Shown: piece by piece, positions 1-9,045 of the stretch
Layout of the letters: each line of letters begins with the position of its first letter
How positions within the stretch are numbered: position 1 is the first letter of the stretch
Assembly (NCBI GenBank): GCA_934155185.1
Contig: CAKPGT010000005.1
Span: forward strand, 3,715 to 67,714
Origin: an uncultured Bacilli bacterium
Lineage (GTDB): Bacteria; Bacillota_I; Bacilli_A; RF39; UBA660
Direction: 5' to 3'
DNA: 64,000 nt
Program-made: the position numbers and the translations under genes
Notes under the pieces: generated by a model
Told to the model about the DNA's origin: nothing
Database searches by the model: none
What the model saw: the letters and a program-made list of their open reading frames with translations, nothing else

Positions 1-1
1 A

Positions 2-1774
2 TTAGTAGGATTAAGTGAAGATGTTCGTATAATAATACTAAAAATTGCAGATAGGTTGCACAACATGAGAACTCTTTGGGCAATACCGGAGAAAAAAAGA
101 AAAGAAAAAGCAAAGGAAACTTTGGAAATATTAGCACCTATTGCACACCGTTTAGGTATTAATCATATTAAAAGTGAATTAGAGGATTTATCTTTAAAAT
201 ACTGGAAACCAGATGTTTATAATGATATATTAGAAAAACTTAGTCAGTCTAGAAGTGAACTTGATTTATCTGTTGATGAAATGATGCAAAGCGTATCTAA
301 AATACTAAATGATAATAATATTCCTCATGAAATGAAAGGAAGAACCAAAAGTGTATATAGTATATATAACAAACTTTGTAAAGGCAAAACATTTAACGAG
401 ATATATGACATACTAGCTTTAAGATTTTTAGTTAATACTGAGGCAGAATGCTATTTAGCTTTAGGACTTATTCACGCTAAATATAAACCTGTACCAAAAA
501 GGTTTAAAGATTACATAGCAAGACCAAAAGCTAATGGATATAGTTCTCTTCATACAACCGTATTCGGAGTTAATGGCAAATTATTTGAAATACAAATTAG
601 AACATATGAAATGGATAAAGTAGCAGAATATGGTTTTGCATCTCACTGGTCTTATAAAGAACATGGTGTAAATAAAACTAATGATATGGAAGCTAAATTA
701 AAATCATTTAGGACGGTAATTGAATTAAATGAGCAGCAAGTTGAAGGTGAAGAGTTCGTAAATACCGTTAAAAATGAATTATTTAGTTCAAATAATATTT
801 ATGTATATACACCAAAGGGGGACGTATTTGAACTACCTATAGGATCAACTCCAATAGATTTTGCATATAGGGTTCATACAAGTGTTGGCCATCAAATGAT
901 AGGTGCAATTGTAAATAATAATATAGTTACACTTGACTATAAATTAAAAGATGGCGATATAGTAAAAATAAACACTAATAAAAATAGTAAGGGTCCATCA
1001 AAAGAATGGATAAACATAGCTTATACAACTAGTGCTAAAAATAAAATAAAAGCTTTCTTTAGCAAAGTAGATAAAGAACAGATGATAGCAAATGGTAAAG
1101 ATATGTTAATAAAAACCATTAGAAGAAAAAAACTTTCTGTTAATGACATACTAGATAGTAAAAAAATCGAAGAAGCTTTAGACGAATTAGGATTAAATTC
1201 CGAAAATGATTTATACTATGAAATAGGTATAGGAAAATATAACCCAACATCAGTAATTAAAACTATTTTAGGGGAAAAGGAAGAAGAACAAAGAGTAATT
1301 GATAAGGTTCTTAAATATTCTTCTAGAATAATGCAGTCATCTGGTGACATAATAATAGATGGAATGACTGATTTAAAAGTATCATTTGGTGGTTGCTGTA
1401 CACCTGTTAAAGGCGATGATATAGTTGGTTATATATCCAAAGGTAATGGAATAACCATACATAGAAAAAATTGTCATAATATTTGCAATTTAGATGACAG
1501 AATAATAAGCGCTAAGTGGAATCCTGATACTACTAAAAAGTATGTTGCTAATATACTTATATATGTAGAGAAGAAAAATAACCTACTTTTAGATATTATT
1601 TCCAAGACTTCTGCATTAAATATAGGAGTTAAAAGTATTAATACTATAACAAATGTTGATTATGACTGCTATGATTTAAATATTTTAGTTGAAAACATAG
1701 ATGATTTAAATAAATACATATCTATTATTAGTCAGTTAAAATATGTAAATTCAGTTGAAAGAGGTAATAAGTAA
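2..1774 (+). CDS. relA: RelA/SpoT-family bifunctional (p)ppGpp synthetase/hydrolase, 5'-truncated by the window edge
   Basis: The frame is open from nt 2 (LVGLSEDVRIIILKIADRLHNMRTL, the end of the HD domain). It contains a synthetase core (YSSLHTTV, FEIQIRTYEMD), a TGS region (VYTPKGDVFELPIGSTPIDFAY) and a C-terminal ACT-like end. Confidence 0.93.
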   Translation, partial: LVGLSEDVRIIILKIADRLHNMRTLWAIPEKKRKEKAKETLEILAPIAHRLGINHIKSELEDLSLKYWKPDVYNDILEKLSQSRSELDLSVDEMMQSVSKILNDNNIPHEMKGRTKSVYSIYNKLCKGKTFNEIYDILALRFLVNTEAECYLALGLIHAKYKPVPKRFKDYIARPKANGYSSLHTTVFGVNGKLFEIQIRTYEMDKVAEYGFASHWSYKEHGVNKTNDMEAKLKSFRTVIELNEQQVEGEEFVNTVKNELFSSNNIYVYTPKGDVFELPIGSTPIDFAYRVHTSVGHQMIGAIVNNNIVTLDYKLKDGDIVKINTNKNSKGPSKEWINIAYTTSAKNKIKAFFSKVDKEQMIANGKDMLIKTIRRKKLSVNDILDSKKIEEALDELGLNSENDLYYEIGIGKYNPTSVIKTILGEKEEEQRVIDKVLKYSSRIMQSSGDIIIDGMTDLKVSFGGCCTPVKGDDIVGYISKGNGITIHRKNCHNICNLDDRIISAKWNPDTTKKYVANILIYVEKKNNLLLDIISKTSALNIGVKSINTITNVDYDCYDLNILVENIDDLNKYISIISQLKYVNSVERGNK

Positions 1775-2220
1775 TGAAAGTTGTAGTGCAGGTCTGTAAG
1801 AGTGCAAATGTTAAGATAGATGGCAAGATAAATGGCAAAATTGACAAAGGCTATGTTCTTTTAGTAGGCTTTACTGATGGCGATAATGAAGAGATAGCTA
1901 AAAAAATGGCTAGTAAAATAGTTAACCTTAGAGTATTTTGCGATGAAAATGATAAAATGAATTTAGATATTAAAAGTGTAAATGGCAAAATATTATCTAT
2001 TTCACAGTTTACGCTTTATGCTAAGTTAAACGGCAGGAGACCATCATTTAGTGATGCTTTAAATTATAAAGATGCTAGTAAGTTATATGATTATTTTAAT
2101 GAAAAGTTAAGAGAAGAGAACGTTAAAGTTGAAACTGGTATATTTGGTGCTGATATGAAAGTTGAATTAATTAATGATGGACCTGTTACCATTTTAATTG
2201 ATAGCAAGGAGGACTTATGA
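1774..2220 (+). CDS. dtd: D-aminoacyl-tRNA deacylase
   Basis: 148 aa. Motifs SQFTLYA and GRRPSF are present. The start overlaps the relA stop by 1 nt (TAATG), and relA-dtd is a conserved pairing. Confidence 0.9.
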   Translation: MKVVVQVCKSANVKIDGKINGKIDKGYVLLVGFTDGDNEEIAKKMASKIVNLRVFCDENDKMNLDIKSVNGKILSISQFTLYAKLNGRRPSFSDALNYKDASKLYDYFNEKLREENVKVETGIFGADMKVELINDGPVTILIDSKEDL

Positions 2221-3275
2221 AAAATAAGATAAATTATAAGTGGGTTAATATACTTTGCATATGCATGATTATTTATTTACTATTTTTGATGAGAAACGTA
2301 TGGCTCGGTGTACTTTCTAAGATATTTGCTATCTTACTTCCATTTATAATAGCCTTTGGTGTGTCATATGTTTTATATCCTTTCTTAAAATTTTTAATGT
2401 CTAAAAAAATACCTAAGGGTGTAAGTGTATTTATTATTGTTTTTGTAATATTACTTATAATAGGCCTTACACTATACTTTGTTGTCCCACTATTCTTTAA
2501 TCAGCTAATTAATTTATTATCAAGCCTTGGCGAAGTATCAAACGATATAGCTAACAAATATGGAATTGATACTAAGATGGTTAATGATACTATAAATAAA
2601 TACTCTAATAAGATAGTTAAATGGATAGGTGAAATTATAGCAAGTGGTTCATTTATTGGTGTTTTGTCTAAATCAGTTGATTATCTATCTAAGTTTGTAA
2701 TAATTTCAATAGTTTCTATTTATTTCTTAGTAGATATGTCAAAGATAAGAAGTAAAATTAAAGGCTTTTTGATTAGACATGATAAGAAAAAATATCATAT
2801 GATTTCAAATATGGATAATGAAATTACATCATATTTAAAAGGGCTTGGAATATTTATGGTTATTCAGTTCTTTGAATATACTCTTTTATTTCTAATAATA
2901 GGTCATCCAAATTTCTTACTTTTAGGTGTTTTAGCTTGTATAACAACTGTTATTCCTTATTTTGGTGGTATCTTAACAAATGTTATAGCACTTATTATAG
3001 CATCTGTTGTATCACCTAAGGTATTTATTTTAACACTTATTATAACACTTGTTTTTCCTAACATAGATGGATACATTATATCACCTAAAATATACGGTAA
3101 AACAAACGAACTTCCACCTTTATTAACAATATTTGCTGTATTTGCAGGTGGTGCTTTATTTGGCTTTTACGGTATCGTAATAGCAGTTCCATTAACGATA
3201 ATGATTATGGCTATTATTAAGTCATATAAAAGTGAAATTAATAATAAATTACAAAAAGTAAAAGAGAGAATATAA
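2217..3275 (+). CDS. AI-2E family transporter (PerM/UPF0118-type membrane protein)
   Basis: 352 aa and multi-TM, with typical family length and C-terminal conserved region (IPYFGG..., ISPKIYG). It overlaps dtd by 4 nt. A hairpin plus T-run follows at about 3283-3305. Confidence 0.75.
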   Translation: MKNKINYKWVNILCICMIIYLLFLMRNVWLGVLSKIFAILLPFIIAFGVSYVLYPFLKFLMSKKIPKGVSVFIIVFVILLIIGLTLYFVVPLFFNQLINLLSSLGEVSNDIANKYGIDTKMVNDTINKYSNKIVKWIGEIIASGSFIGVLSKSVDYLSKFVIISIVSIYFLVDMSKIRSKIKGFLIRHDKKKYHMISNMDNEITSYLKGLGIFMVIQFFEYTLLFLIIGHPNFLLLGVLACITTVIPYFGGILTNVIALIIASVVSPKVFILTLIITLVFPNIDGYIISPKIYGKTNELPPLLTIFAVFAGGALFGFYGIVIAVPLTIMIMAIIKSYKSEINNKLQKVKERI

Positions 3276-3438
3276 TATAAACTCCATTAGATGGGGTTTA
3301 TTTTGCATGTAAATAGGGGTAAATATTTATTCTATTTTTAAAGACCATATGTTATAATTTAATTGGGTAGTATACTTTTGCAAACATTTATATAGCAAAT
3401 AACTATTCAAAATCATATTTGTAAAGGAGAGAGAAAAT

Positions 3439-4641
3439 ATGGGATTTATTAAAGCATTTACTGGTGCTTTATCTGGTACATTTGCAGATCAGTGGAAAGA
3501 TTATTATGTACCTAGAGGAGATGTTCCTGCAACAGCAGCATTATTTCAAGCTGTACCATCTGGAACAAATAATGGAAGAGGAGAAAACACTAAAGGTAAT
3601 AGCAACATAATTAGTAATGGTAGTAAAATAGTTGTACCAGAAGGAACAGCACTTATTACACTTCAAGATGGTGCTATAACAGGATTTATAGCAGAACCAG
3701 GAGGATTTGAATTTAGATCAGATGATCCTAACTCAAAATCAATGTTTGCAGGCGATGGCATAATAGGACAACTTGCTAAATCAACTTGGGATAAAGTTAA
3801 GTTTGGTGGGCAACCTGGTTCACAACAGTTAGCTTTTTATGTAAATTTAAAGGAAATACCAAACAATAGATTTGGAACTCAATCTGAAATATATTGGGAT
3901 GATGCTTTCTTTGGAACACAGGTTGGAGCAGTAACTAGAGGAACATATACACTTAAGATAGTAGATCCATTACTATTTATTAAAAACTTTGTTCCAGCAA
4001 AATATTTACAACCCGGTGCAGAACCATTTGATTTTGCTGATATGGATAACGCTGCAGGTGAACAATTATTTAATGAAGTTGTTGGAACACTTTCGGCAGC
4101 ATTCTCAAATTATACAAACGATCCTTCAAAAGGAAACAGAATATCTAAAATTCAAGGTGATCAAATTGGATTTGCAGCGGCTATGAGTAAAGCTGTCGAG
4201 GATGCATATGGTTGGAAAACAACAAGAGGTCTTGAAATAGTTAAAACAGCTATTTTAGCAATTGAATATGACGATGATACTAAAGAATTAATGAAAGATG
4301 TTAAAAAGGCTGATGCCTTATCTGGCTCTAGAGGAAATTCATTTATGCAACAAGCAGCAGCAAGAGGAATGCAAGCTGCAGGTGAAAATGGTGGCGGAAC
4401 TGGAATGGCATTTATGGGTATGGGAATGCAAGCTGCTGGAGGTATGGTAAATGGGATGTCACAACCTAATACTCAGCCAAGTTACCAACCTAATTTTGGT
4501 GCAGCAAATGCTAATAATGCTCAAACTAGTGCAAGTGTAGATCCTACTACTAAATTACTTGAAATGAAGAAATTACTTGATGCAGGAATAATAAGCCCTG
4601 AAGAATTTGACAAAGTAAAAAAAGATTTATTAGGATTATAA
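3439..4641 (+). CDS. SPFH-domain protein of the YdjI / 'virion core protein-like' family with a C-terminal SHOCT domain
   Basis: The N-terminus MGFIKAFTGALSGTFADQWKDYY is characteristic of YdjI-like proteins. A Gly/Met/Gln-rich linker follows, then LLEMKKLLDAGIISPEEFDKVKKDLLGL (SHOCT). SD: AAAGGAGAGAG upstream. Confidence 0.8.
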   Translation: MGFIKAFTGALSGTFADQWKDYYVPRGDVPATAALFQAVPSGTNNGRGENTKGNSNIISNGSKIVVPEGTALITLQDGAITGFIAEPGGFEFRSDDPNSKSMFAGDGIIGQLAKSTWDKVKFGGQPGSQQLAFYVNLKEIPNNRFGTQSEIYWDDAFFGTQVGAVTRGTYTLKIVDPLLFIKNFVPAKYLQPGAEPFDFADMDNAAGEQLFNEVVGTLSAAFSNYTNDPSKGNRISKIQGDQIGFAAAMSKAVEDAYGWKTTRGLEIVKTAILAIEYDDDTKELMKDVKKADALSGSRGNSFMQQAAARGMQAAGENGGGTGMAFMGMGMQAAGGMVNGMSQPNTQPSYQPNFGAANANNAQTSASVDPTTKLLEMKKLLDAGIISPEEFDKVKKDLLGL

Positions 4642-4644
4642 AAA

Positions 4645-6147
4645 ATGGAAGAAAGTAAGAGTGTAAATAAACCTATTATAGTAAAAACTGATGAGGGTGC
4701 TGTTGATGGTCAAAATAAATGCCCTAAATGTGGCGCAACAGATATATCAGTTAATACTAAAACGGGCAAATTAAGATGTAATTTTTGCAGGCATGAGTTT
4801 GAGTTAGAAAAACTAGAGGGCATGGAAACTGATTTAAGAAACCTAAAGGGTGAAATAGTTGGTTCTGGTGCTACAAATATAGTTGCAGATACTAAAGATG
4901 TGGTAACACTTAAATGCAGTAGCTGTGGTGCTGAAGTTGTAATTGATACGGCATCTAGTACATCAGCTAGGTGTCACTGGTGCAGAAATACATTATCAAT
5001 TAATCAGCAAATACCTAATGGAAGCATTCCTGATGTAGTTCTTCCATTTAAAGTAACTAGAGATGATGCTAAAGAAGAGATAGAAAAGTTTGTTGGTAAA
5101 AGAAAATTCTTTGCACATCCAAAGTTTAGAATGGAATTTACTACTAATAATATAATGGGAGTATATTTTCCATATATGCTAGTTGATGTTAATGCTCATG
5201 CAAGTCTTTCAGGTGAAGGTGAACATCAAACAAGAAGTTATCAAGTAGGTAGTGATGAACATAAAGAAACGAGATATGATGCTGATTTGTATCATGTTGA
5301 AAGAGACTTTGATATAGTAATTAATGGTCTTTCAATTGAATCAAGCTCTGATAGATTAAACGTTAGTTCAAAGGAAAAGACAAATAATATAATTAATGCT
5401 ATAATGCCATTTGATTCAGAAAACTGTGTTAAATATAATGCAAATTATCTTAAAGGTTATACTTCTGAAAAGAGGGATACTAATATTGAACAATTAAAAG
5501 GAATAGTTAAGATGCAAGCAAGTGATATTGCAAGGTATTCTGCTAATGATACTTTAAGAACATATGACAGAGGTGTTGCTTGGAAAAGCGAAACACTTGA
5601 TATAAAAGGTTCACAATGGAAAGCAGCATACTTACCAGTTTGGTTATACAGTTATCAAGAGGTAAAGGGTGATAAAAAACTTCTACATTATGTTGCTGTA
5701 AATGCAAGAACTAAAGAAACAATGGGAAGTGTTCCAATACACATGCCTAAGTTAATTGGTGTGTCAGCAGGAGTAGAATTATTAGGCTTTTTAGCTATGT
5801 TGTTTGTAGATTGGGATTATAACTGGTTATTTTTACTTGCTGGTTTTATATATTTCTTTATCATGTATGCAAGATACCGTAATTCAGGTGCAAGACATAC
5901 ATATGAAACTGAAACTAAAAAAGAGGTTTCTAATATGAAGAAAGTAGATAGATTTCTTCAATCTAGAACGGGTCTTAGAAATTCTATGATGGAAGGTGCT
6001 AATAATACCAGGTTAAATGGTAAACTTTCAAATAATAACTCAGTTATAGATAAATTCACAAAAAATAATATTGTAAATAGCTTGACGAAAAACAATCAGG
6101 CATTAAATATTATAAAAGACAAAATTGACAATAAAGACAAAAAGTAG
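4645..6147 (+). CDS. Zinc-ribbon protein with two C-terminal TM helices (YdjG-like partner of the SPFH protein)
   Basis: Two CxxC...CxxC ribbons (CPKCG...CNFC; CSSCG...CHWC). A TM hairpin lies near aa 370-410. It starts 4 nt after the SPFH stop. A terminator is at 6143-6164. Confidence 0.7.
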   Translation: MEESKSVNKPIIVKTDEGAVDGQNKCPKCGATDISVNTKTGKLRCNFCRHEFELEKLEGMETDLRNLKGEIVGSGATNIVADTKDVVTLKCSSCGAEVVIDTASSTSARCHWCRNTLSINQQIPNGSIPDVVLPFKVTRDDAKEEIEKFVGKRKFFAHPKFRMEFTTNNIMGVYFPYMLVDVNAHASLSGEGEHQTRSYQVGSDEHKETRYDADLYHVERDFDIVINGLSIESSSDRLNVSSKEKTNNIINAIMPFDSENCVKYNANYLKGYTSEKRDTNIEQLKGIVKMQASDIARYSANDTLRTYDRGVAWKSETLDIKGSQWKAAYLPVWLYSYQEVKGDKKLLHYVAVNARTKETMGSVPIHMPKLIGVSAGVELLGFLAMLFVDWDYNWLFLLAGFIYFFIMYARYRNSGARHTYETETKKEVSNMKKVDRFLQSRTGLRNSMMEGANNTRLNGKLSNNNSVIDKFTKNNIVNSLTKNNQALNIIKDKIDNKDKK

Positions 6148-6164
6148 CGGTTGCTACTTTTTTA
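6143..6164 (+). terminator. Intrinsic terminator after the zinc-ribbon gene
   Basis: agtagc-ggtt-gctact followed by tttttt. The stem includes the TAG stop. Confidence 0.7.
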
Positions 6165-6241
6165 CGTTTTTAATCATTTTTTTTAAAAAATGATTTATTT
6201 TTTCATAATCATATTATATAATTTAATTATAGGAGGACATT

Positions 6242-6796
6242 ATGAAAATAGCATTAATAATAATAGCGGTTTTAGTAGTACTATTTTTACTATATTTAGT
6301 ATCTACTTATAACACATTAGTTGTATTAAGAAACAAAGTAAAGGATCAGTGGTCACAAATTGATGTGGTATTAAAAAACAGAAATGATTTAATACCAAAC
6401 ATTGTTGAAACAGTAAAAGGATATGCTAAGCACGAAAATAATACTTTAAAAGAAGTAATTGAAGCTAGAAGTAAAATGGCTAGTGCATCAACAAAGGAAG
6501 ATGAAATAAAAGCATCTGGTGCTGTTACTGAGGCTTTAGGAAAGTTATTTGCTCTAGCTGAAAGTTATCCAGAATTGAAAGCTAATGTTAATTTTTTAGA
6601 CTTACAAGGTAAGCTAAACGAGATAGAAGAAAAAATTAGATTTTCAAGACAATTTTATAATGATTCAGTTTTAACTTATAAAAACAAACTTGAAATGTTT
6701 CCATCTAATATAGTAGCTGGTATGTTTGGATTTAAGCCTGAGGCTTTCTTTGAAGCTAACGAAGAAGAAAGAAAAAATGTACAAGTAAAATTTTAG
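6242..6796 (+). CDS. lemA: LemA family protein
   Basis: 184 aa with an N-terminal TM helix. It has the typical LemA core (YNTLVVLRNKV..WSQIDVVLKNRNDLIPNIVETVKGYAKHE). SD: TAGGAGGA. Confidence 0.88.
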   Translation: MKIALIIIAVLVVLFLLYLVSTYNTLVVLRNKVKDQWSQIDVVLKNRNDLIPNIVETVKGYAKHENNTLKEVIEARSKMASASTKEDEIKASGAVTEALGKLFALAESYPELKANVNFLDLQGKLNEIEEKIRFSRQFYNDSVLTYKNKLEMFPSNIVAGMFGFKPEAFFEANEEERKNVQVKF

Positions 6797-6841
6797 TCTA
6801 CTATTAAAGTAGACTTTTTTCTTTAGGAGGATTGATAAGTA

Positions 6842-8575
6842 GTGAAAAAAATATTTAGTTTTATGCTGTTTATGGGATTACTATTGTTTTTTCCTATAAT
6901 TGCAAAAGCAAATAGTATTGATGAAATTGATATGGATATATACATTGATAAAAGTGGTACTGCTCATGTAACTGAAGTTTGGAGTGCTAACCTAAGTAAA
7001 GGTACCGAAGGATATAAGCCATATTATAACTTAGGTGAAGCTAAGATAACTAATTTTAAGGTTAGTGAAAATGACAAAACATATTCATTTAATAATTCGT
7101 GGAATACAAGTGATAGTTTTTCTAATAAGGCCTATAAAAACGGAATAAATTATGTTGAAAATGGTTTAGAATTATGTTGGGGCATATCAAAGTATGGATA
7201 TCATAATTATAAATTAACCTATGATATAGAAGGATTTGTTGTAAAACTTACAGATGCAGATATGGTATACTGGCAGCTTATTCCTTATGAATTATCACAA
7301 AAACCAGATAACGTGCATATTAAAATATATTCAGATGACAAATATAGCGATGAACTTCCTGTATGGGGATATGGAAAATACGGTGCAACTGCGTATGTTT
7401 CTGATGGCTATATAGAAATGAACTCAGAGGGTACACTTTATAGTAGTGAGTATATGACCATACTTGTTAAGTTTAATAAAGATACATTTGATACCTATCA
7501 CACGATAGATAAAGACTTCAATTATTATTTAGATATGGCTAATGAAGGTGCTACTAAGTATGATTCTAGTGGGTCTTCTAGTAGTTATGGAATATTTGAT
7601 ATTATTAAGGTATTATCTATATTTTTATTTCCAATATTAATAATTGTTTTTGTGGTATTGAAGGCTATTAATTCAGCAAAATCAGGAGCTACAGTAGGTT
7701 ATAAAACGCTTGACTTTGGTAAAAATGGAAGGGTTATTCCAAAAGATATTGCAAATGTAAGAGATATACCTTTTGATAAAGATATATATAAAACATACTG
7801 GGTAGCTTTAAGTTATAGTATTAGTAGGAAAAATACTGATTTTCTAGGTGCTATGCTTCTTAAATGGTTGAAAGAAAAGAAAATTAAAATAAATAAAAGA
7901 ACGGTTAATGGTGTTTTTAAAGAAAAAGAAGAAACTATAGTTGACTTAAGTTTATCGCCTACGTTTGATAATACATTAGAGCAAGAACTATTTAACATGT
8001 TATATGAAGCTAGTCTTGATGGAATGTTAGAATCTAAAGAATTTGAAAAGTGGTGCAGTAAGCACTATAGTAAAATACTTACTTGGTTTGATAAAGTTGC
8101 TGAGGATGGAAATAAAAAACTTATTAATGAAGGAAAAATAACTGTTAGTGAGAAAAAAACACTAAAAATATTTACATCTAAAATATATACTGTAGATAGT
8201 ACTATGTTAAACGATGCAATTAAATTAAAGGGCTTTAAGAACTTTTTGGAAGAATTTTCTAGAATAGATGATAAAGAAGCTATAGAAGTTAATATGTGGG
8301 AATATTATTTGATATATGCCCAAATACTTGGAATAGCTGATAAGGTTGCAAAGCAATTTAAAAAACTATATCCTGAAATAATAGAAAACAATGATTATGG
8401 ATATACGTATAACGACTTTATGTTTATAAATACAATGAGTTATTCTGGTATTAATAGTGCTGTTTCCTCTAAATCAAGGGCCGAAAGTTATTCATCCGGT
8501 GGTGGCGGATTTTCTTCCGGCGGAGGAGGCGGAGGTTCCTTCGGTGGCGGAGGAGGCGGAGGAGGTTTTAGATAA
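6842..8575 (+). CDS. DUF2207-family membrane protein with a Gly-rich C-terminal tail
   Basis: GTG start, signal peptide and a central TM helix. The C-terminal tail is SSGGGGFSSGGGGGGSFGGGGGGGGFR. The LemA/DUF2207 gene pair is a widespread conserved neighbourhood. Confidence 0.8.
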   Translation: MKKIFSFMLFMGLLLFFPIIAKANSIDEIDMDIYIDKSGTAHVTEVWSANLSKGTEGYKPYYNLGEAKITNFKVSENDKTYSFNNSWNTSDSFSNKAYKNGINYVENGLELCWGISKYGYHNYKLTYDIEGFVVKLTDADMVYWQLIPYELSQKPDNVHIKIYSDDKYSDELPVWGYGKYGATAYVSDGYIEMNSEGTLYSSEYMTILVKFNKDTFDTYHTIDKDFNYYLDMANEGATKYDSSGSSSSYGIFDIIKVLSIFLFPILIIVFVVLKAINSAKSGATVGYKTLDFGKNGRVIPKDIANVRDIPFDKDIYKTYWVALSYSISRKNTDFLGAMLLKWLKEKKIKINKRTVNGVFKEKEETIVDLSLSPTFDNTLEQELFNMLYEASLDGMLESKEFEKWCSKHYSKILTWFDKVAEDGNKKLINEGKITVSEKKTLKIFTSKIYTVDSTMLNDAIKLKGFKNFLEEFSRIDDKEAIEVNMWEYYLIYAQILGIADKVAKQFKKLYPEIIENNDYGYTYNDFMFINTMSYSGINSAVSSKSRAESYSSGGGGFSSGGGGGGSFGGGGGGGGFR

Positions 8576-8635
8576 CCTTCTTTTTCCTTTACAAAATATA
8601 ATAATGGTATATAATGGTTATATAAGGAGGGTTTT

Positions 8636-8851
8636 ATGTATAAAGAAAAGATAGTTATATGGGCAGATGAAAATAGTAGTTATTTTGATGATTTAGATGA
8701 AATTAAAAATCAATTATATGAGAAATTAAATTACAATGTTGAAGTATACGGAGCAAAACTTCTAGAAGATTTAGGAGAATTAAAAGTATATTTAGTAGTT
8801 TATAGCCCATGTAAAATAAATAGTATGGTAAAAACATTCAAAAGAAAATAA
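8636..8851 (+). CDS. Hypothetical 71-aa protein
   Basis: A strong SD (AAGGAGGG) lies 4 nt upstream of the ATG. I recognise no family. Confidence 0.45.
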   Translation: MYKEKIVIWADENSSYFDDLDEIKNQLYEKLNYNVEVYGAKLLEDLGELKVYLVVYSPCKINSMVKTFKRK

Positions 8852-8852
8852 A

Positions 8853-8881
8853 TTGACTAATACCAAAAAATGTACTAAAAT
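8853..8881 (+). promoter_or_regulatory. Sigma-A-type promoter of the hisS leader
   Basis: TTGACT (8853-8858), a 17-nt spacer, then TAAAAT (8876-8881). Confidence 0.6.
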
Positions 8882-8887
8882 ATAACT

Positions 8888-9027
8888 GTGTTTTTGATAA
8901 GAAGTGACATCTTATAAATAAAACAAAAACATGACAAGTTAAAATGAAAATAAAGAGCACTTTAAGTGAAGTAGGGTGGCACCGTGGACGTAAGTTCATC
9001 CCTATACTGTAATGGCTCTTTTTTATT
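8888..9027 (+). promoter_or_regulatory. T-box leader (tRNA-sensing transcription attenuator) of the hisS operon, unusually short
   Basis: Conserved T-box sequence AGUAGGGUGGCACCGUGG at 8970-8988. UAGGG (8972-8976) pairs with CCCUA (9000-9004) and encloses a 7-nt UGGCACC bulge. A helix capped by GUAA follows. A competing terminator ends in GGCUCUUUUUU (9014-9025). Confidence 0.7.
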
Positions 9028-9045
9028 TAAAAAAGGAGAGTATAT

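Noticed and set aside
8490-8570. A GC-rich repeated segment (ggcggaggaggcggagg x2) that at first glance looks like a structured repeat or mini-array.
   Set aside because: It is in frame within the DUF2207 CDS and simply encodes poly-Gly. There is no spacer/repeat organisation.
8457-8654. An alternative-frame ORF across the Gly-rich end of the DUF2207 gene.
   Set aside because: It is created by the GC-rich Gly-codon run being open in several frames. It overlaps two better-supported genes.
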